DNA from: Lama guanicoe
Lineage: Eukaryota
Assembly (NCBI GenBank): GCA_013239625.1
Contig: MU053652.1
Coordinates: 1,676,001 to 1,740,000 of the forward strand
DNA: 64,000 nt
Reading direction: 5' to 3'
Shown here: in pieces, positions 57,701 to 64,000 of the stretch
How the letters are laid out: every line of letters starts with the position of its first letter
Numbering within the stretch: position 1 is the first letter of the stretch
Notes under the pieces: generated by a model
The model's database searches: none
What the model saw: only the letters and a program-made list of their open reading frames with translations
Told to the model about the DNA's origin: nothing
Program-made: the position numbers and the translations under genes

Positions 57701-58179
57701 GGACCCTCAGAACCTCTCACCTGCCCTTTATGAAGTGTTTTCTGCGTTTCAGGACCAGGGAGTTTGGGGCCACAGGGCAGGGTGAGCCTGCAGGCAGCAG
57801 AAGGCTGCAGAAGCCCCTGGCGGCCTCCAGTTTGGAACAGGCTGAGCAAATCACCATGTTGATGTGCAACCCAGAGTCCCACCCGGTCACACGATGCATG
57901 GTTTAATGGGAGGTGCAGATGAGAAACAGGCTCCTAGAATCTGGCTGTGGCTCCATCTTCTCCCAGTTTCCTCCAGTGTCTCTCTCCTCTCTCTCTTTTT
58001 CTCTTCCCTTTCTTCTTGTATCTGTGCCTGGCTGGGTGTCCGCCCGCTGGCCTGCCTCTCGTTCAGCTGAAAGGCAGGCACCTCTGACCAAGGCAGGGCT
58101 TGAGGTAGGGATGGAGGGGAGAAGAGGAAGAGGAGGGTGAGGAGGAAGAGGAGGAGTGAGGAGGGGCCCATCTAGTCCA

Positions 58180-58575
58180 ATAAGTAGAAATTAGAAATTA
58201 ACCCTTCCGGCCCAGGTCAGTCTGCCGCTTCCCTCCCCTTTCCCACCAAGGTCATAAAATCCACTGCTAACTTTTACCAATTCCCCTGTTGGTACCAGAA
58301 ACACACAATTAGCTTTAAAAGTGTCTCCAAGCTGTGGCCAGTTGGAAATTTATGACTTTTTTCTTTTAAAAGAGCGTTCCTTTTAAGTGGCTAATTAGGT
58401 GTATTTTCTCCAATGGTAATTTTAAAAATGCTAATTAGTCTGCACTCTGGAAGGAGGAGAAAAACTTTCCCCCTTTATTATCTTGGCACTGGGGAGACAT
58501 AGAAGAGACCAGCTCAACCCTAGCAGTCATGCAGCCTCCAAAGACAGAGGCCAGGCGCCGGCCCTTTTATGGCTT
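58180..58575. promoter_or_regulatory. Candidate homeodomain/HOX-bound enhancer
   Basis: GTCATAAA (58251), TTTATGAC (58349), CTAATTAG twice (58391, 58431), TTAAGTGG (58383) and TTTTATGGC (58565) in a repeat-free AT-rich island. Confidence 0.55.
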
Positions 58576-59589
58576 TGGCAGTGAGGAGGGGGCTGGGGAG
58601 AAAGGTTTTCTGTGTTCCAGACGGTTTCCTTGGGAAGGGGGTGCAACCCGGCGTGCCTGGAGGAGGTGGCCAGGGTAGGGCAGGGGCCGTAGTGGTCCAC
58701 CCACTTGGCACGTTTGGGGCCTAGACATCCAGCCCTAGGGTGGGACTGAGAGGAGCCTTCACAGTGGCTTCCAGGGAGGATGGGTGGGTGGGGAGGGTGC
58801 ATGGGAGGTGGACCCCAAGTGGGACTCACACACCCCAGCCAGGACACAGTCCTAGCACAGAGCTTGACAGCCGCTAAACCACACGCTGGCAGAATAATGT
58901 CATTTCAGGGAGGCTGTTTATTCTGAGAACAATCCAAATTGAACCCAAACGGGGCAGAGTCCATGGTGTATGGTGTCCTCACAAACCCTTGGCTCCTTGG
59001 CTAAAGGGCTTGCCCAGGAGATGGTCTGGGGCGACACAGAGCTGGGAGGTTGCCCTGGGTGTTGTCCCACCGGGCATGGGGAGCCCAGGGATGCACGGTG
59101 CATCCTCCTGGAGGGATGTCTCGTTTTCCCCTTGGCGCCGGCACTGACGGCTCTAGTCCTGCCATCCCTGTGCGTTGCTATGTGAATAACACAATTACGA
59201 AGACACAGGACAGGGATAAACAGAAAACATTCTGCAGCAGAGAGGGGGAGGGAGGACCAGTCACAATGAGATATTTTGTTATTGGATCATTTCAGGGAGG
59301 AGTAGAATTCTTTAAAACCCCGTGCTATCGCAGAAGGGAGGAGTGATGATCAATTAAGCAGATCGCTCAGGTTTATTTTCCAACATCAGCTTTTATCAAG
59401 GATCTCTCCCAGCTCACCTCCTCTCTTTGGCACCATTACCATCTCTAGGAAAGCCAGATGGAAGTGTGCCTAGGACTCTGACCCTAGGTCTGCAACCACT
59501 GTCCTGCTCTGCTCATGGACTCAGTTTACCTATCAGTCAAATGGGAGGTGGGACTGCCCCTCCATAACATCTGTGGCAGAGGACAGATA

Positions 59590-59720
59590 GGTTAGGGTGG
59601 GCAGAGCACGGTCTGAATCCTGGCTCCACACTCCCCAGCTGGGTGATCTTGGGAGGATCACTTTACTTTATAAACTTTGGTCTTTGGGGAAGAATCAAAT
59701 GAAATAATGCACAAATTGTG
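59590..59720 (+). mobile_element. MIR fragment
   Basis: TGAATCCTGGCTCCAC...CCAGCTGGGTGATCTTGGG...TCACTTTAC...GAAGAATCAAATGAAATAATGCA. Confidence 0.75.
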
Positions 59721-60104
59721 CAAAATGGAAATATAGACTTGATATAATTGTTATAAAAATGAATTGAGATGATGGATGCAAAGCACGGTGCTGGGAAAGT
59801 GGAGCCCTTCCGGGGGGCAGCTTTTACCTTATGACTAACCCTTCTTGGATAATTTCGGTGTGTTCCCACAGGAGGCGAGAGAGGATGAACACAGCTCAGG
59901 AGTTGTGTAAGGAATTCTGAGCCACCTCAGGGGGCTGGAGGGGCAGGGATGATAAATGATCCACTTGCCTCTCCCTTGTGTCTCCGAGGCTGATGAAGCA
60001 GAGAGGCCTGGCGCCCTCGGCTGTGGGAGGATTTGCCCGAGGGTCTCACCTTCAGAGGTTTCCCGCGGTGCTGGGCCACCTTGTCTGTCCACCTTCTGGG
60101 TTGT

Positions 60105-60252
60105 CCAGAGTTACTTAACCTTCCTGACCCTCTGTCCAGTGGGGTAATATACCACTTTACAGGGTTATTATGAAGATGAAGAGAGCTAATGTATTGCCAG
60201 GAGTTCCTGGAACAGGGCTGGGGTCTTGGAAAGCACTCAATGAACGCTACTC
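60105..60252 (+). mobile_element. MIR fragment
   Basis: AGTTACTTAACCTT.CTG...TGGGGTAATA...ACAGGGTTATTATGAAGATGAA.AGAG.TAATGTA...AAGCACTCAAT. Confidence 0.75.
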
Positions 60253-60439
60253 TTCCCCTCTGCGAACCCAGTGGTCAATAAATAGGCAACTGGATGTTGG
60301 ACTGAGCACATCACTAATTAGCTTGAGCCATAAAGGAGTCAGAAAGGGAATGAGAGCCAGGCCATTAGATAGGACCAATGTGAATCCATCTCTGGATGAA
60401 TTTATGATGGACATTTAGGATGGGTCCTTATTAGCATGG

Positions 60440-60800
60440 CTGCTTGGGAGAGTGGAAACTTTATAGATTTTGGAGGCAGACAAAACTGGGGTTTTTTGTA
60501 TATATAAATACTATTTGAAGTATAGTCAGTTTACAATGTTGTGTCAATTTCTGGTGTATAGCCTAATGCTTCAGTCATACACGAACATACATATATTCGT
60601 CTTCATATTCTTTTTCACCAAAGACTAAAAACAGGCAAACCTGTTTGTGATCTCAGCTTTACGTGACACCAGCTGTGTGACTTTAGTCTAATTGTGTATC
60701 CTCACTGTACTTCTCCATATGAGCTCATGTATGGGAAGGATTAAATGCCACTGTGGGCGTAGAATACCTGAGAGCACACAGTAGATCCCCAACAGATGTT
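60440..60800 (+). mobile_element. MIR interrupted by a short L1 insertion
   Basis: GATTTTGGAGGCAGAC... [L1] ...CCAGCTGTGTGACTTT...GAAGGATTAAATG. Confidence 0.6.
60492..60631 (-). mobile_element. Severely 5'-truncated camelid-like L1 3' end
   Basis: GAAGTATAGTCAGTTTACAATGTTGTGTCAATTTCTGGTGTA...CAGTCATACA...CATACATATATTC...CATATTCTTTTTCA is homologous to 17640-17735; TSD CAGACAAAACTG / CAGGCAAACCTG (10/12). Confidence 0.9.
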
Positions 60801-61124
60801 CGCTTTCTCCCCTTCCTCCTCGCTGAAGTGGGTGGTCAGCTTGGTCCACATAAGTCAGAGTTGTTGTAGTACATTAAATCATAGTCTTTGGATCACACAC
60901 ATGCACAGTCATGGGTGGCGATGGGCACTGGGGTCACTAGTTCATCCTTGTTTCCCAGCCCTTTGGATGGATCTTTGCATTGGCTGAAGGCTCAAAGCAT
61001 TCAGGGACCAACTGGGTGAATTAGTTTCCAAAGTACTCGCATTTGTTGTAACCACAGGTGTATATTTGACAATGACTTCCCTGTGAAAGGCTCAGAGCCA
61101 TTTGAAGACATTGACTCATTGTGA

Positions 61125-61590
61125 GCAAGATTTTAGAGGCATTATTTGATGAACTTCACAGAGGAGGAGGCCGGGGGATGGAGAAAGATGATGGCTTGTC
61201 CAGGTCACAGGAAAGCAGTGGCGTATTTGACATCTGAGTCACAGGCTCTGACTGTGGTACTTTTTGTAGTAACTCAATGGGCATCTCAAAGAAAAGGCTC
61301 TGGGATTTTCCTGGGGATCTCCAGGGTTTGTTTGGAATACTAGGAAGCAGACTGTAACCCTGGAAATTATTAATTGGGCTAATAATAGTTATAATTCAAT
61401 GTACTAAGTTCTAAGCTTTATGTTAGATATTTTGTTTTTCATCTCATTTTATTTTTACAACATGATTACATATAAGGTAGATGAAGCTCTGGTCAAAGCC
61501 TTTAGCTAATAAAGTGACGGAGCAGCTAAGATTTAAATTCGGGAGTGTCGGCCTCAAAGAAAGCCTGCTCCCTCCGCTGGACTCCGTACT
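61125..61590 (-). mobile_element. Two degenerate MIR fragments
   Basis: ACAGAGGAGGAGGC...GCTTGTCCAGGTCACAG; GTACTAAG...TCATCTCATTT.ATT.TTACAACA...AGCTAATAAA.TGACGGAGC...GATTTAAATTC. Confidence 0.55.
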
Positions 61591-61789
61591 AAACAAGAAT
61601 GAGAGGGTGAACAAGCTCAGGAATGTTCTAAGAACAGAGTAATGATGAGGAGATGGAGTGGGATCCAATCTCAATATTTCTGGGGGAAAATATGAAGGGA
61701 GTCTGTCTTGAAATTTATCATATGTTAAATCTGGGGAAGGCCAGTGATGCTGTCACCTCCTAGGAAAATTTGGGACCCACCTTTTAAAA

Positions 61790-62168
61790 GCGAGTGTTCT
61801 CTTACTCAACTTTCAGAAGGAAAGAAGCTCTGACACATGCTATGATATGGATAAACCTTGAGGACACCGTGCTAAGAGAAAGAAGCCAGTCACGAAAGGA
61901 CCAAAACTGTACGATTCCACTTATATGACACCTAGAGTAGTCAATCCATAGAGACGGAAGTTAGACTAGTTTCCAGCGGCTGGGGGAGGAGGAAATGGGG
62001 AGTTGTTGTTTGATGGGTCCAGAGTTTCAATTCTGCAGGAGCGAAAGAGTTCTAGAGATGGGTTGCCCAACAGTGTGAATGTGCTTAATGCTAGTGACCT
62101 GTACACTTAAAAATGGTTAAGGTGGTAAGTATTACGTTATGTGCATTTTACCGCAATTAAAAACAAAG
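61790..62168 (+). mobile_element. L1MB-type 3' end
   Basis: TCTGACACATGCTA..ATATGGATAAACCTTGAGGACA...AAGCCAGTCAC.AAAGGAC...GATTCCACTTATATGA...CTGTACACTTAAAAATGGTTAAG...TTTTACCGCAATTAAAA. Confidence 0.92.
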
Positions 62169-62675
62169 CAAATGTTTCCTATCCAGATACTTGGAAGTAA
62201 AGAGCCTTTGGTTGTGCTGGAGCATCTGGGGGTCGCCTGGGGACCCTGTGGCTTTAGGCTAGCTGGTGGGGTGTGGTCAGCCGAAGCCCGAGAGAGGAGC
62301 CTTGGGAGTGAGCCCCTGGGAGACTGCGTACACGAGCCAGGAAGAGGGTTGGAAACTGGACCAGCAGCTTCTGGGATCTGGTAGCTCACAGAGAAGGTGA
62401 GCAAGCAAAGAGATACTTCAAGACAGTGTGAGAAACCCAACACAGAAAACACACTCTCTGAGGAAACTGTTCAGAGAAACAGGGGCTGTTAATTGAATAT
62501 TTTCAAACGCAGGTTCTAACCTAGAGGCACAAGATCAACACAGGCGTGGCCCCAACTGAGGGCGGCTGTGGCAGGGTTGCTGGGGCTCCCCACACCCCAG
62601 CCTGATCATGGATGCCGGACCCCTCGGAAGGAAGGGTTGGCAGCACGCCCCAAGCCCTGGTCCACGTCATGTGGG

Positions 62676-63014
62676 CTGGGGGCTGGCAAGCTTCAGCCCA
62701 CAGGCCAAACCTGGACCACCCCCTGATTTTGTACAGCCCACGAGCGAAAGTGGTGTTTACGTTATTTAACGGTGTAAAAGAAAGTCAAAGGAAGAACAGT
62801 ATTTCATGGCACGTGACAAGTATATGGAACCTGAACCGTGGTGTACACGAGGAAGTTGTGCTGGAGCATGGGCACACTTGTTCGTTTGTTTACCCATCCC
62901 CTGTGGCTGCTTTCCCGCTGCAGCAGAAACCTGAGAGGCTGCGACAGATAATATGGCCTGCAAAGCTGAACATATTTTCTGCCTGGCTTTTACTGAAAAG
63001 TTTGCTGACCCCAC
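62676..63014. mobile_element. MER58B hAT-Charlie MITE
   Basis: Homologous to 54468-54796 (TTTTGTACAGCCCAC..G...TATGGCCTGCAAAGC...AAAAGTTTGCTGACCCC). Confidence 0.88.
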
Positions 63015-63021
63015 CCTAGTC

Positions 63022-63287
63022 CAGGAGTTTTTCAAACTGTGGGTCACAACCCAAAAGTCAGTCGTGAATCAATTTAATAAAACATGATCAACATCAAAAA
63101 AAAAAAAAAAAGAATGGATGAAATGTGTCAGAGTGCATCATCTGTTGTAAGGGGATTTTTCTCTTTAAACATTTTTTTTCTGTCCTTAAGCTTTTTTTTC
63201 AGTTAAGTAGGCAGGATGCACATCAATTGTGATGCAAACTGTTTCTCTGATTTATGAATCTTTGTTCAAAATGTTAGAAAGCTACTG
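63022..63287. mobile_element. hAT-Charlie-type MITE (MER112-like, subfamily uncertain)
   Basis: Imperfect TIRs CAGGAGTTTTTCAAAC ... GTTAGAAAGCTACTG; internal TGTGGGTCACAACCCA...GTCGTGAATCAATTTA...TCAGAGTGCATC. Confidence 0.65.
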
Positions 63288-64000
63288 GTCCGGGTAGCTT
63301 TCTAGGAACCTAGGAAACTGACTGCTGTCTACCTGGGTATCGGGGAAAAAAATCTGGATGCATGTCTCTCAGCTGCCTCTGCTCGGGGTGCAGGCTCAAG
63401 CAATCCCAGGGCAGGATTCCCCGCCACATGCCCCTTCCCCAAAGCACGGTGGTCCACAGGGGCTGGGATGAGATGCCTGACCCAAGGTAGGGCTGCTTCC
63501 TTATTTCCGCCCAATTTTCTCCCACTTGTAGAGGCAGGTTTCCATTTTCCCAGAGACAAGGAATGAGGAATGTTCACTCTTGGGCAGAAAGTGAAAAACA
63601 AGCAAGGCCCAGGACCAAGGAAACGGAGCTCCCTTCCTGACCCCTTCGATTGACAGCTGATACGGAGTGACGAGCGACAGAGGACGGCTCTCGTGCAGGG
63701 GAACAGAGGCAAGATCCGAGAAGGCTTTGTGTTTACAGACATATTGCCAAAAGTGTCACGGATATAATTGAAAAACATCAATAGCGATCAATGGGAACAA
63801 ATCACTGGCCCTAGCCATTAGAAAAGAACAGAAATCAAGTGAGGAGGAAGTGAAGGGCAAGAATTACAAAGGATGGAAACATTGGTGCATTCTCCACTCC
63901 TGACCTTGCTCTTTCTCCTTTTTCCTTTCCCTCTGCTTCTCCACCTGCTCATCACTGCCAGTTTTTCCTTATGCAACGGAAGGAAAGCCGTCGATTTGTT

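Noticed and set aside
59840..59912. Possible exon after TTCCCACAG ending at TGT|GTAAGG
   Set aside because: Weak donor context, mediocre pyrimidine tract, and no recognisable peptide.
1..64000. Naming the host gene; tRNA, rRNA, snRNA, snoRNA, CRISPR or processed pseudogene
   Set aside because: No recognisable coding exon anchors a gene name, and I saw no sequence matching these RNA classes or a retrocopy. A covariance-model search (Infernal/Rfam) would be needed to exclude small RNAs.

Overview
Mammalian (eutherian) non-coding genomic DNA. I found no protein-coding gene, RNA gene, CRISPR array or other prokaryote-type system. The only ORFs with recognisable homology are C-terminal remnants of LINE-1 ORF2 inside two 5'-truncated L1 copies. 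Ancient interspersed repeats are scattered throughout: MIR, L2, MLT1 solo LTRs, L1M fragments and hAT MITEs (MER58, MER5A, MER63). Three younger L1 3' ends resemble, from memory, camelid L1s. No Alu, B1/B2, PRE-1, Bov-tA/CHR or SINEC copy is visible, so a camelid (camel/alpaca) origin is likely but not proven. LTRs and L1s lie mostly on the minus strand, suggesting the window sits inside a long intron of a gene transcribed on +; I cannot name the gene. Repeat-poor stretches carry dense homeodomain, HOX/CDX, MEIS and RFX motif clusters that look like developmental enhancers. Most worth following up: a perfect 15-bp-arm hairpin (39579-39613), a candidate hidden exon encoding a short hydrophobic peptide (23000-23075), a MER5A fragment apparently copied into an MLT1B LTR, recursive-splice and microexon candidates, and several RFX X-boxes. 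I see no convincing previously undescribed biological system. Repeat subfamily names and boundaries come from recalled consensus sequences and are approximate.
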